Below are positions 8,469 to 18,520 of a DNA stretch of 64,000 bases, piece by piece. Positions within the stretch are counted from its first letter, which is position 1, and every line of letters begins with the position of its first letter. The notes under the pieces are model-generated. The model was not told the origin of the DNA and searched no databases. It worked only from the letters and a program-made list of their open reading frames with translations. A program made the position numbers and the translations under genes. Source of the stretch: Candidatus Giovannonibacteria bacterium RIFCSPHIGHO2_01_FULL_45_24 (GTDB lineage Bacteria; Patescibacteriota; Minisyncoccia; UBA11713; 2-01-FULL-45-33). The stretch spans positions 55,292 through 119,291 of the forward strand of contig MFHE01000010.1 of assembly GCA_001778495.1 (NCBI GenBank), written 5' to 3'.

Positions 8469-9470
8469 CTATTTCTTTTCCGGATTCACCAAATACCAGT
8501 CGTAGGTGCGCTTGAGACCCTCGTCCAAAGGTACTTCGGGTTTCCAGCCTGTCAGAAGTTGAAGTTTTGACACGTCCGCCAAGCGGCGTTTTACGCTTCC
8601 GGGAGGGGCTGTTTTGATGTCCAGCGTTTTCGGCTTCCAGCCGGTAATTTCAAACAGCTTCTCGGCAAGCCCGCGCATCGTGATTTCATGAAAATCGCCG
8701 ATATGCACAGTTTCAATCGGCTGGCCGTCGGTTTTCGGCGAATCCATCAACATCCGCATCGCACGCACAGCATCGGAGATGTAGCAGAAAGTCCTCGTCT
8801 CGTCCGCGCCGTAAATCGGAAACGGATCCACTTTGGCCGCGATTCTTTCTGAAAAATCTGGTATGACATGGCCGTGATACCCCGCGCGCGGGCCGTAAAA
8901 ATTATGCGGCCTCACGATAAGCGCCCGGAAGTTGTATGCTTTGGCGTAATGGATAACGAAGAGTTCCCCGACAAGCTTGGTGGAAGCGTACGACCAGCGC
9001 GCGTTGTAGGGGTCATCAATCACCAAAGGGACTTTCTCCGGCGTGGGAATCGGCAATTTACCGAAAGCGGAGAGAGCGCTGGCATAGGCCTCGTTGGACG
9101 AAGTAAAGCAAAATTTGCCCTTGGCACTATGCTTGCGGAACCACTCCAGCATGTAGATAAGCGAGAGCGCGTTGATGCGCAAAACCTCCTGCGGCATTTC
9201 GTAAAAAAGCTTCGTCCCGTTGATCGCGGCCAGATGATAAACGTGGTCGTAATCCGCGCCAATCCTGGCGTAAGAAGCAGGGTCAGTAAGGTCAAGGTTC
9301 AAAAATATTATCCGTTTATCTTCCAAAAGCTTTTTAAAATCATCGTCCATCCTGCCGCGCTGGAGATTGTCAACCAAAACAAGCTCAACATCGCCGTAAG
9401 TATCCAAAAGATGCCTAGACAAATGGCATCCAATAAACCCCGCTCCGCCTGTAATGAGAATTTTTTTCAT
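8469..9470 (-). CDS. Extended-SDR NAD-dependent nucleotide-sugar epimerase/dehydratase
   Basis: [17 protein letters not shown] Rossmann start, YxxxK region (YASTKLVGE), about 330 aa. Confidence 0.8.
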   Translation of the reverse strand: MKKILITGGAGFIGCHLSRHLLDTYGDVELVLVDNLQRGRMDDDFKKLLEDKRIIFLNLDLTDPASYARIGADYDHVYHLAAINGTKLFYEMPQEVLRINALSLIYMLEWFRKHSAKGKFCFTSSNEAYASALSAFGKLPIPTPEKVPLVIDDPYNARWSYASTKLVGELFVIHYAKAYNFRALIVRPHNFYGPRAGYHGHVIPDFSERIAAKVDPFPIYGADETRTFCYISDAVRAMRMLMDSPKTDGQPIETVHIGDFHEITMRGLAEKLFEITGWKPKTLDIKTAPPGSVKRRLADVSKLQLLTGWKPEVPLDEGLKRTYDWYLVNPEKK

Positions 9471-9506
9471 ATTTTTTCCTCCATTAGCAATATAACACTG
9501 GTTTTT

Positions 9507-11123
9507 TTATTTTGCAAGCCATATCCATAAACTTTTAGAATCTTCTATTTCGTGCTTAATAAATTTAAAACCGGCGGTCTCTGCAATCTGTTTTGCTTCG
9601 GCGGGCGTTACCGAGACGCCATACGCCCAATGCCATTTGTAAGGGCCTCGGCCCGTCCGCAAATGCAATTTAGCAATTCCGCCGGGCTTTAATGTTCTAT
9701 AAATTTCTTTGAATTTAGCCGCCAAAATTCCGCGCGCGGGAATATGCTGAAGCGTCTGGTACGAAAAAACGAAATTAAAATGATTGTCTGGAAAAGCAAT
9801 AATTTTGCCGTCAGATATTTTAAAATCTATATTTTTCGTGTCCGCCAACCTTTTTTTGGCGCTTTCCACCATAACGTCGGAAATATCAATAGCGCAGGTT
9901 TTGGCAAAATGCCGCGGGAAAAACTCAGTCATCCGCCCCAGCCCGCAGCCGATTTCCAAAGTGCTTGAGGGATTAGATTTCGCCAAAACCCGCGCAAGCA
10001 GCGCGTCCCCCGCGACATATTTTTCATAATCCGCCAAACCGGTTTCCCGCAGTTCAAATTCGTTTACGTCCCGTCCGCTCGGCGTTTTTGTATTAGCGTA
10101 ATATCTCGCGTTCTTCTTCGCCAGACCGTTCCAAATTTCCCTAACCTCGCCAAAAGACCTCTCCGGAACAGCGCGCGAGGCGGCGTTCACCAAAAACCTC
10201 AATTTTCTGCGCGCTGATTGGACAGGCGGCGCTGAATTAAATTTATTCCACAAAAAATCCCACGCTCGCATATCGCCAAGTGTCCGCCGCTCCTCCTCCC
10301 AAGATGAAAACCACTCCGGCAGAGAATCGTGCACTGCCTCGTTTTTTTTATGGCGCTCGTTGCTTAAATATGCCGCGCGCATAAGCTCTATGTTATTTTT
10401 ATCCGCCGCATGCGCGCTCCAAAACGCGAAAAGGTCCTTGGGCAAGCAATGCCCGCCAAACGCCTGCCCATATCTTAAGTAATTTTTTTTCTCAAAGACA
10501 AAATCAATAACTGCTTCGTCGCGCGCCAAGTCTCCAAATTCGTTTATAAAAGCGACTCTGGCCGCGTTCCAAAGATTGGAGAGATATTTAACATAGGATG
10601 CCTGTTCCGGCGTACCTTTAAAAACTTTTCTGGCGCGAAGCTGCCACGCCGAAAGGAAACTCGGCTCCGAAAGCCGCCCTTGCCCCTTGCCCAAAACAAA
10701 ATAATGCGGGTTTAAACATTCTTCAACGGCGTGGCGTTCATGCAGAAACTCCGGAACGTAAAAATCAAAATCCAGCGCCTTTAAATTTTGCGGCAAAACG
10801 GTTGAGCGCAAAACAACTCTTCCGCGGGCAGGTTTCAGCGAATCCAGCGATTTTTTTATAAGCGTCACGTCTTGCGAGCCGTCTTCCCTCACCGTGTCGC
10901 CCACGGCGACAATATACCAGGTATTTTGGCCGTCCTTCTCCAAAACTTTTTGGAGGGGGGCTATTTCCGCGTAAAGATTCTGATATTTATCGCCATAGCG
11001 CAAAACCGGCGGCGCGATGTCATAATAAAAAACCGGATATCCCATCCGAGTCAGCGCCAAAGCGTTTGCCTGCCCCACCCAGCCATAGCCAATGATTACG
11101 ATGATTTCTCTGCTACTCTGCAT
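9507..11123 (-). CDS. Fusion: nucleotide-sugar dehydrogenase-like N-terminal domains plus C-terminal class-I SAM methyltransferase
   Basis: N-terminal IIVIIGYGWVGQANALAL NAD-binding start and FGGHCLPKD, the UDP-glucose/GDP-mannose dehydrogenase catalytic-Cys signature GG.C.PKD. C-terminal LEIGCGLGRMTEFF...IDISDVMVE...FNFVFSYQTLQHIP (Methyltransf_11/23). Confidence 0.6.
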   Translation of the reverse strand: MQSSREIIVIIGYGWVGQANALALTRMGYPVFYYDIAPPVLRYGDKYQNLYAEIAPLQKVLEKDGQNTWYIVAVGDTVREDGSQDVTLIKKSLDSLKPARGRVVLRSTVLPQNLKALDFDFYVPEFLHERHAVEECLNPHYFVLGKGQGRLSEPSFLSAWQLRARKVFKGTPEQASYVKYLSNLWNAARVAFINEFGDLARDEAVIDFVFEKKNYLRYGQAFGGHCLPKDLFAFWSAHAADKNNIELMRAAYLSNERHKKNEAVHDSLPEWFSSWEEERRTLGDMRAWDFLWNKFNSAPPVQSARRKLRFLVNAASRAVPERSFGEVREIWNGLAKKNARYYANTKTPSGRDVNEFELRETGLADYEKYVAGDALLARVLAKSNPSSTLEIGCGLGRMTEFFPRHFAKTCAIDISDVMVESAKKRLADTKNIDFKISDGKIIAFPDNHFNFVFSYQTLQHIPARGILAAKFKEIYRTLKPGGIAKLHLRTGRGPYKWHWAYGVSVTPAEAKQIAETAGFKFIKHEIEDSKSLWIWLAK

Positions 11124-11124
11124 A

Positions 11125-12861
11125 TCAATATATAACCCTGTAAAGGTCTATATTGTTGTGCGCAATGAGAAGCTCGAGATTAAGAAAAGACAAATCCCAT
11201 TCGGGATTTTTGTTTTTGTCCCACACAATATACTTGACGCCGTATTTATTCAACAGACCGGCTACCCCGCCATTGGCCGTCAATTGAGAATATTTTTGGC
11301 TAAGCTCTGAAATCAGCCGCTCCCTATGCGGACCTATAACGTTTTTATCGGCTTTCGCCTTATAAATATAATCGTAATAATCCATACCGGAGGAAAACCC
11401 CTCTATAAATCCGTAAAGGCCTTTGTAAAAAGAGTAGTCGGCTCCATCGCTCATCACGCCGCGCAAGTAGCCGGCAAAGTTACCGCGCGCCTCTTTATTT
11501 AAATATGCGTAAACATAAAGCATATCTGAAAAACGTGAAAAAGGTATTATGGTTTGCGAAGCCGCTCCCGCCCAAAACAAATCATGATTAGTATAAATCG
11601 TAGTAAGATAAGCCAAATGATCGTCCGCAGCTAATACAACTCCGGGATTAGCATCTTTTTTTAATTCCGCGATTATCGGCTGATATGATTGCTCGTATTC
11701 CTTCCCCGGCAAAGTTGTCCAAAAAGACCGATATTGCCCGAAGGCGCCGTGCAAAAATACGACAACCAGCATAGACGCAAACAGCTGCCTCCGCAACGCA
11801 AAACCATCCAGCAGTTCCCATAACATGTACAAACCCGTGAGAATGGAAAGCGGGACAATAAAATACCAGTAGTAATGCCCGATCTCAACCGCCTTGCCGG
11901 TGATTATTTGCTGGTTTAAAGAAATCCATCCGGCCAGAACCAGCGCGAAAATCAGAATAATATTCGCATTATCCCTCTTTCGATGCCAAAACAACGCGAA
12001 GAGTAAAAGCATGGCGGCGCCGATTTTACTGAAAATCGGCAGATGCGTGCGGCTTGACCAATGAAAATATGCAATCTGCGCGCCGATGTCGGATTGAAAA
12101 AGCGCCCACATCTGAAAAAGATTATAAAACCCGATCAGCATGCCGACCGCGGAAATAAAGACCAGCGATTTTGCGGGCGCCCATTCACGTTTTAGAAAAT
12201 ACAGCAAAAACAGCGCTCCGTTGAAAGCCAAAGCGAAAGTCCAGGCAAAAAAGTATATGTAAAAAAGCGAACCAAGCGCAACGGCGGAGAAAAATCCGGA
12301 AATAAATTTTTTCGTCCTAAGCCATAAGATTAAAAGGTTTAAATACGCGAAAAAAGCCAGAGAGCTCACGTAAGGAAACATCGGCCGACCGTAAATGTTA
12401 AAGTCGTTGTAAAGAAATTGTCTGTAGACGACATGATATCCGCCAATCGCGGACACGGCCGCGACGGCGGATAAAAGCCTGCTTCCCGAAAGTTGCCAAA
12501 CGAAAAAATAAGCCAGCAGAACCAAAGCAAAAATCCCGATAAAATTATAGATGTTATACAGAGTTATAACATTGATTCTATCGACAAACCCCAGAAACCT
12601 TATCGGCGCAGTAAATACGCGCTCGTTATACATAAACATAATGTCTTGCCGCTCCTTGCCATCGCGCAGCCACGGATTGCCCATGCCGCGCCCTTCCAGC
12701 GCTTCTTTTGCTCGGCTTAAATAAAAATGCGAATCGGTGCCGAAATGTGGGATATTGATGCCTTGATAATTTTTTGAGACAAAAGGAAACACCAAAATCG
12801 GCGCCTCAATCAAAAGAGTCAGTAGCAACCCTAAAATGATAATCAAGCGGTGTTCACGCAT
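11125..12861 (-). CDS. Polytopic membrane protein, GT-C-like glycosyltransferase candidate (paralog family A, member 1)
   Basis: More than 10 predicted TM helices. Acidic first-loop motif (HFGTDSHFY...EGRGMGN). C-terminal soluble domain ending YIVWDKNKNPEWDLS, shared with 25346..27166 and 27171..28907. Confidence 0.45.
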   Translation of the reverse strand: MREHRLIIILGLLLTLLIEAPILVFPFVSKNYQGINIPHFGTDSHFYLSRAKEALEGRGMGNPWLRDGKERQDIMFMYNERVFTAPIRFLGFVDRINVITLYNIYNFIGIFALVLLAYFFVWQLSGSRLLSAVAAVSAIGGYHVVYRQFLYNDFNIYGRPMFPYVSSLAFFAYLNLLILWLRTKKFISGFFSAVALGSLFYIYFFAWTFALAFNGALFLLYFLKREWAPAKSLVFISAVGMLIGFYNLFQMWALFQSDIGAQIAYFHWSSRTHLPIFSKIGAAMLLLFALFWHRKRDNANIILIFALVLAGWISLNQQIITGKAVEIGHYYWYFIVPLSILTGLYMLWELLDGFALRRQLFASMLVVVFLHGAFGQYRSFWTTLPGKEYEQSYQPIIAELKKDANPGVVLAADDHLAYLTTIYTNHDLFWAGAASQTIIPFSRFSDMLYVYAYLNKEARGNFAGYLRGVMSDGADYSFYKGLYGFIEGFSSGMDYYDYIYKAKADKNVIGPHRERLISELSQKYSQLTANGGVAGLLNKYGVKYIVWDKNKNPEWDLSFLNLELLIAHNNIDLYRVIY

Positions 12862-13927
12862 TTAAGATTTTGGCTATCCGCGCCACCTCTCTTGTTTTCA
12901 AAAACGGGTGCATTGGCAAAGAGAAAATTTCTTTGGAATGTTTTTCGGCGTTGGGGAATTTGCCTTTATAATTAAAAACCGGCTGGCGGTGCAAAAGAAG
13001 CGGATAATGAATCATTGTTTGAATGCCATTTTTTTTCAAGTCCGCCATTAAAGCATCACGGTTTTGGACGCGCGCGACAAAGAGATGATAAACGTGTTCG
13101 TTTTCGTTATTTATTGCAGGTAGAATAATATTCTTGTTACTGACCAGTTTTTCATATAATTTAGCGATATCTCTTCTTTTTTGATTCCACTTATCCAAAT
13201 ATTTCAATTTAACGCTTAAAATCGCCGCTTGTTTTTCATCCAAACGGCTGTTGATGCCGAACATCGCGCTTGTTACCCGGTCGTGCGCCCCATAAAAACG
13301 CAATGCCAGCAGTTTTTTATAATAATCCTCGCTATTTGTGGTAATGGCGCCGCCATCCCCGTAAGCGCCAAGATTTTTCGTCGGATAAAAACTAAAACAG
13401 CCAAAATCTCCCCAGCCGCCGACTTTTCTGCCGTTCCATTCCGCTCCGCTGGCTTGGGCGCAATCTTCTATTAAAAATATCTTATGCGCTTTCGCGAGAG
13501 CTTTTAGCTTTTCCATATCGCAGGCGCACCCGTAAAGATGCACAGGCATTATCGCTTTTGTCCTTTTATTTATAAGCGCAGGAATTTTATTTGCGTCTAT
13601 CAAAAAATTCTCATCAGAGTCGCAAAAAACCGGGTTCGCTCCGCTCATCTTAACCGCCATGGCGGTGGCCAAGGCAGTGTTTACGGGCACAATTACTTCA
13701 TCTCCTCGACCGATGCCCAAAGCAAGCAAGCTTAAATAGAGCGCGTCTGTTCCGGATGCGACTCCGACGGCATATCGGACGCCGCAATATTTCGCGAATT
13801 TTTTTTCAAAATTTTCCACTTCCGGTCCCAAAATAAAAAACCCGCGCCGCAACACCCTGCTGATTGCGGCGTCAATTTCTTTTTTGATCAATCGATATTC
13901 GCGATTGAAGTTAACGAAATGTATCAT
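12854..13927 (-). CDS. DegT/DnrJ/EryC1/StrS-family sugar aminotransferase
   Basis: YAVGVASGTDALYLSLLALGIGRGDEVIVP...IMPVHLYG...FLIEDCAQASG...FSFYPTKNLGAYGDGGAI. Confidence 0.8.
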   Translation of the reverse strand: MIHFVNFNREYRLIKKEIDAAISRVLRRGFFILGPEVENFEKKFAKYCGVRYAVGVASGTDALYLSLLALGIGRGDEVIVPVNTALATAMAVKMSGANPVFCDSDENFLIDANKIPALINKRTKAIMPVHLYGCACDMEKLKALAKAHKIFLIEDCAQASGAEWNGRKVGGWGDFGCFSFYPTKNLGAYGDGGAITTNSEDYYKKLLALRFYGAHDRVTSAMFGINSRLDEKQAAILSVKLKYLDKWNQKRRDIAKLYEKLVSNKNIILPAINNENEHVYHLFVARVQNRDALMADLKKNGIQTMIHYPLLLHRQPVFNYKGKFPNAEKHSKEIFSLPMHPFLKTREVARIAKILNA

Positions 13928-13949
13928 AAAATATTTTCATACGCCCACT

Positions 13950-14711
13950 TTATAATTTTTTAGCCAAGCACACAATTGATAAGCCAAAAGGCAAATTTAT
14001 ATAAGGTAACAATCCTGCTTCCGCCGCCAATACATAATATAACCACCGATCCAACCAATATGGCACGTTGAACAAGCTTTTTGTATGATCGTTGCAAGAA
14101 GGAAAAGGCCGTTCCAATAATCTAATCACTAACGCAACAGGAAAAAGAAAAAAATTAACATAACTGGCTTTCATGACTATAAATCCATTATCTTCTAATT
14201 TCTTAATCAATTCTTTTCTAGTATATCGGTGTTTGGTCCAAACCATTCTGTCGTGATGGCTTTGCAGCCAATCAAACGCCGGTTCGCGCAACAATAGCAA
14301 GCCGCCGCGGCGTAATACCCTGGCAAATTCCCGCAAAACCGCTTTGTCGTCGCTAATCGAACTGTGGTATAACACATCGTTGCAGTTCACTAAATCGTAA
14401 GACGCACTCTTGCAAGGCAATTTCTCCAAATTCCCTTCCAGTATCGTGGCTTTCTTCCTAAGATTGGCATATAAAACTGCTTTCGGATTAATATCTACGC
14501 CCGTAACGGTGCCGTAGCGCCCAAGAAGGTCTAGCATACCTCCTGTACCGCACCCTGCATCTAAAATATTATTATCTACACCTCTCACGTATTTATCCAA
14601 AATAATCTTGCTGATTTTTCTCATTCCGCGATACCACCAAAAAGCATCCTCGTGAGCATAAATATCATCGTATACCCTGCTTTCCATAAACAAGTTTACT
14701 TCTTCCTGCAA
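13950..14711 (-). CDS. Class-I SAM-dependent methyltransferase
   Basis: ILDAGCGTGGMLDLL...GVDINPKA...YDLVNCNDVLYH...RVLRRGGLLLL. The N-terminal WWYRG motif is shared with 29650..30447. Confidence 0.7.
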   Translation of the reverse strand: MQEEVNLFMESRVYDDIYAHEDAFWWYRGMRKISKIILDKYVRGVDNNILDAGCGTGGMLDLLGRYGTVTGVDINPKAVLYANLRKKATILEGNLEKLPCKSASYDLVNCNDVLYHSSISDDKAVLREFARVLRRGGLLLLREPAFDWLQSHHDRMVWTKHRYTRKELIKKLEDNGFIVMKASYVNFFLFPVALVIRLLERPFPSCNDHTKSLFNVPYWLDRWLYYVLAAEAGLLPYINLPFGLSIVCLAKKL

Positions 14712-15529
14712 ATAATTGTTTGCATCATGCCGCCGCCGAAAACCGCAGTAAGCGTAAAAACAGCGGCTACTCCGGCGCGATAAACGGCTTCTAAAACCGC
14801 ATTGCTTTTTGGCACATCTAAAGCGGCTAGCGGGAAATTATGATTTCTTTGCAAAAGAATTTCAAATCCGCAGTTTTCCAAAAGTTTTTTCAAAGACGCG
14901 TTTGTATAATGCTGCAGATGCGCGTGGTCATAAAGCCTGTCATACGGACCCATAATGCCAAGCGCTTTCAATAAGTCGGCTAAACGATAAATTAGGCCAT
15001 TGCTGTTAATCGTCGCAACAACAGCTATGCCCTCGCGCCCCAAAGCGCTGAAAATATTTTTAGTAAATAAAACAGGATTTTCCATATGCTCAATAGCCAT
15101 AAGACTGGTAACAACATCAAAATTTTGCTTGAGCTCCATTGTATTAAAATCGCCGTGCATAAAAGAAATGTTTGCGTCTTCAAAAAGCCGGGCGATGTCA
15201 ACTCCATACAGCGCAGTTTTTTTTCGGTAATTGGCAAAAAACTTTAAAAAATCTCCATTTCCGCAGCCAACATCCAAAAGCGCAATATTTTTATGGCCGA
15301 AATGCGCATTGACTTGATCCGCTATAAACCGAAAAAGTTTCGTGTTCGGATTTTTAAACCAATTCTCGTGTTCTTTGGAAAAATAATCATGATTATATTT
15401 TTTTTGCCGGGCCGCAGGTATAACAGTAAACACATGGCTACATAAAGAGCATTCGTAAATGGAGAGCTCGGCATCTTTAGTCAGATTATTGGCGGCGTTG
15501 CTACATATTGTGCATCTGGCTTGATTCAT
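14696..15529 (-). CDS. Class-I SAM-dependent methyltransferase with N-terminal Cys4 zinc ribbon
   Basis: CTICSN...CSLCSH, then LLDVGCGNGDFLKFF...GVDIA...FDVVTSLMAIEHMENP. Confidence 0.65.
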   Translation of the reverse strand: MNQARCTICSNAANNLTKDAELSIYECSLCSHVFTVIPAARQKKYNHDYFSKEHENWFKNPNTKLFRFIADQVNAHFGHKNIALLDVGCGNGDFLKFFANYRKKTALYGVDIARLFEDANISFMHGDFNTMELKQNFDVVTSLMAIEHMENPVLFTKNIFSALGREGIAVVATINSNGLIYRLADLLKALGIMGPYDRLYDHAHLQHYTNASLKKLLENCGFEILLQRNHNFPLAALDVPKSNAVLEAVYRAGVAAVFTLTAVFGGGMMQTIICRKK

Positions 15530-15930
15530 ATTTTTACAAACTTCAAAAACTCGTCGTAATCCCTGATATAATCGCTTGCGTCTTCAAAATCGTCAGCCAC
15601 GACAAGTATAACGCAATCCTTTGAAAAATCCGTCATTGAATGCCACACCCTTTTTTTAAGCCGCATGCCGCGCGCCGGGTCATTCATAGCAACGCTCCAT
15701 TTTTTGTTTCCGTCATCCATATGGAGCGTGAATGAGCCCAGCAGGCAAAAAATTACCTGCTCCCGCTTTTTATGCGCGTGCATCCCGCGCGCGATTTTGC
15801 CGTCCGGGACGTTCCGTATAAAATAAAACTCTTTTATGGCAAACGGTATTTGCTCATAAATCTTGCCGGCGTATAATTCGCCGACTGGACCTTTAATGGA
15901 TTTTAAAATAATTTCGTCTGGATTTGCCAT
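15526..15930 (-). CDS. FdtA/WxcM-type cupin, dTDP-sugar 3,4-ketoisomerase-like
   Basis: FYFIRNVPDGKIARGMHAHKKREQVIFCLLGSFTLHMDDG...WHSMTDFSKDCVILVVADDFEDASDYIRDYDEF closely follows the FdtA family pattern. Confidence 0.7.
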   Translation of the reverse strand: MANPDEIILKSIKGPVGELYAGKIYEQIPFAIKEFYFIRNVPDGKIARGMHAHKKREQVIFCLLGSFTLHMDDGNKKWSVAMNDPARGMRLKKRVWHSMTDFSKDCVILVVADDFEDASDYIRDYDEFLKFVKI

Positions 15931-15942
15931 ATGTTAGCGGCA

Positions 15943-16683
15943 TTATTTTTTTGGATAAGTTTTTAGCAATTTTCTCATTTTGAAAAACAGCTTTACGTCG
16001 CCAATCAGCTTCTCTTTAAGAAGCGTAAAAGCGGTATAACTTGATTTGCCATATTCCCGTTCATAATGATTTACATAAACTTCCGCGAATCTGGCGCCGG
16101 CCAGCTCCAATTTTTTAATCATTTCCGGCAAAATTGAGGCGTTTCCGGACTCCAGAACAATTTTGTCCATAACGCTTTTCCTAATTAAACGAAAATCGCA
16201 ATCAACATCTCTTATTGGCAGTTGAAAGAAGAAGCGTGCCAACACAGCATAACTCTTGCTTAAAAAATCCCGCAAAAAACCATATCTCCTATCTTTTTTA
16301 TAACCGTTAACAACATCTGCGCCTGTTTCTTTGTATTTATTCACCAATTTTGGGAAATCGTCTTCCAAACGATACTGCGCGTCGCCGTCGGTATAAAAAA
16401 CAAATTCTTTGGAGCAAGCCGCAAAACCATATTTAATGACAGCGTATCCTTCCGTGTTGTCCCTTTTATCAACAATTTTGAGCTGTGGAAATTTTTCCTT
16501 CATCTCTAAAATCTTTTTAAATGTCCCGTCTTTTGATGGACCGCCGTGAAGGGCAATAACCTCCAAATCATTTGTGAATTTTAAACCAACCTCGTAAGCG
16601 CTAGCAATCATTTTTTCAACATTGCCTTCTTCGTTATAAAAAGGAAAAAAAATTGAAAGGGAGGATAGTTTACTTTCCGCCAT
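15943..16683 (-). CDS. GT2 glycosyltransferase (paralog of the GT2 domain of the upstream fusion)
   Basis: SIFFPFYNEEGNVEKM...FVFYTDGDAQY.. has the GT2 DxD architecture. The start is moved to the internal MAESK Met. Confidence 0.65.
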   Translation of the reverse strand: MAESKLSSLSIFFPFYNEEGNVEKMIASAYEVGLKFTNDLEVIALHGGPSKDGTFKKILEMKEKFPQLKIVDKRDNTEGYAVIKYGFAACSKEFVFYTDGDAQYRLEDDFPKLVNKYKETGADVVNGYKKDRRYGFLRDFLSKSYAVLARFFFQLPIRDVDCDFRLIRKSVMDKIVLESGNASILPEMIKKLELAGARFAEVYVNHYEREYGKSSYTAFTLLKEKLIGDVKLFFKMRKLLKTYPKK

Positions 16684-18436
16684 GTCGTTTGAGTCCGTCT
16701 TTAAATAAAACCGTCTCCGTCCACAGGCGCATAAGGCGCCAAGCAACCAAAAAAAGGCGCGGAAAATTTAGCGCTTCAGATTTGCCGTAAGTCCTGAAAT
16801 AATGGCTGACTCCGGCTTCGGCATAGCGGAAACCGGCGTTATGCGCTTTTTTAAGCATCTCTATAGAAAGCACGCCGGAGTTATGCGTCAGCTCCAAAGA
16901 ATCAAGGACTTTTTTCCTAAACAGCCGAAACTCGCAATCGGGATCGCTAATCGGCATCCGGAAAAACCATCTTATAAACCTTCTGTAGGCCTCGCTGATA
17001 ATAATTCTGTGCATTGGCTCCATTTGTTTTGAATGATAACCAACCACAATATCCACGTCATCATTTAAACTTTTCACCAAGGCCGGCAAATCTCCAACAT
17101 CATACTGGCCGTCGCCGTCGGTGTAAAAAATAAAATCCTTCGTCGCCGTACTAAAGGCGCTCTTGAGAGCTGCGCCGTAGCCCATTTTCTTTTCATGGAA
17201 AACCAGTTTTAATTCCGGAATGCTTTTTTGAAGTTCTAAAAGAAACTCACGACTTCCGTCAGAAGAATAATCGTCCGCGACGATAATTTCAAAATCATCA
17301 GTAAATGTCTGTGCAACCCTTCTTCCTTCCAAAATCATGGTTGAAATTGTCCCTTTCATATTAATACAGGGAAAAATCATAGATAAAGACGCAACAGACA
17401 AGCCCGCAAAAGCCCTTTTTCTGATGTCCGCGGACGAGCGTCTCATTTGCTCGCTTGTGCTTTCATATTTTCTTAAAGCGCCATTAAGCCATGCATGATT
17501 TTCTTTATACCAATCAATGGTCACCGGGATATGGCTGTCCAGCGAATGCCGCGGGCGCCATCCTAAAGCGAGCAACTTTGACGGATTAACCGCATACCTC
17601 CTGTCATTTGCCGGACGGTCTTCAACGAAAGTAATCAGATTTTCCCGCTTGTTTAAAATTTTTAATATTTTTCCGGCAATATCCATGTTTGAGCATTCTT
17701 CATCTGCGGAAACTCCGTATGTCTCCCCATAAGGGGCTTTTTCCAAAAGAGCGAGAACAGCGCGGGTGTGGTCGTCTACGTGAATCCACGACCGCACATT
17801 CAAACCGCTGCCGTGAATCGGCAAGGGCTTGTTGTCCATTGCCAGCATGGCGAAAAACGGAATTACTTTTTCCGGATGCTGCCTCGGCCCAAAATTATTG
17901 ACCGAACGCGAAATAATCACCGGCAGGCCGTAGGTCTTTTGATAAGCGCGCACCAGCATCTCTCCTGCGGCCTTGGAAGCGGCGTACGGGGAATTCGGCT
18001 TAAGCGGCGACTCTTCGGTGAACTTCTCATGCGACTTAAAATGCAAGTCGCCCCAGACCTCGTCCGTTGAGATATGAACCATTTTTTTAACGTTGGGCGA
18101 GCCCCTCAACGCCTTTAAAAGCGAGTGGACGCCGACGACGTTGGTATGCACAAAATCGTCGGCGTCGGAATGGATTGACCTGTCCACATGGCTCTCGGCA
18201 GCAAAGTTTACTACAAAGTCGGATTCCAGCATCAGCTTTTTTACGAGCTCCGTGTCGCAAATGTCCCCTTTCACAAACCGGTATCTGGACGGCGGCACGC
18301 CGCGAAGATTTTCTTCGTTCCCGACGTAAGTCAAAAGGTCAAGATTTATGACGAAACTTTCGGGGAAATTATCCAAAATATAATGGATAAAATTAGACCC
18401 CATAAACCCGCACCCTCCCGTAACAAGAAAAGTCAT
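16670..18436 (-). CDS. Fusion: dTDP-glucose 4,6-dehydratase (RmlB-like) N-terminal domain plus GT2 glycosyltransferase C-terminal domain
   Basis: MTFLVTGGCGFMGSNFIHYIL...ISTDEVWGDL...YAASKAAGEMLV is the RmlB/extended-SDR signature. The last ~250 aa are IIVADDYSSDGSREFL...FIFYTDGDGQYDVGDL (GT2). Confidence 0.75.
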   Translation of the reverse strand: MTFLVTGGCGFMGSNFIHYILDNFPESFVINLDLLTYVGNEENLRGVPPSRYRFVKGDICDTELVKKLMLESDFVVNFAAESHVDRSIHSDADDFVHTNVVGVHSLLKALRGSPNVKKMVHISTDEVWGDLHFKSHEKFTEESPLKPNSPYAASKAAGEMLVRAYQKTYGLPVIISRSVNNFGPRQHPEKVIPFFAMLAMDNKPLPIHGSGLNVRSWIHVDDHTRAVLALLEKAPYGETYGVSADEECSNMDIAGKILKILNKRENLITFVEDRPANDRRYAVNPSKLLALGWRPRHSLDSHIPVTIDWYKENHAWLNGALRKYESTSEQMRRSSADIRKRAFAGLSVASLSMIFPCINMKGTISTMILEGRRVAQTFTDDFEIIVADDYSSDGSREFLLELQKSIPELKLVFHEKKMGYGAALKSAFSTATKDFIFYTDGDGQYDVGDLPALVKSLNDDVDIVVGYHSKQMEPMHRIIISEAYRRFIRWFFRMPISDPDCEFRLFRKKVLDSLELTHNSGVLSIEMLKKAHNAGFRYAEAGVSHYFRTYGKSEALNFPRLFLVAWRLMRLWTETVLFKDGLKRHGGK

Positions 18437-18470
18437 ATCCCTTATAACTTAGCAGACGAACTCAAGGTTT

Positions 18471-18501
18471 AGCAAATAAAATAGCGCGCAGGGCGCGCTA
18501 T
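18471..18501 (-). terminator. Rho-independent terminator downstream of the cupin gene
   Basis: Minus strand: AUAGCGCGC-ccu-GCGCGCUAU followed by UUUAUUUGCU. Confidence 0.5.
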
Positions 18502-18520
18502 CTATGAGGTATTCCGGACG

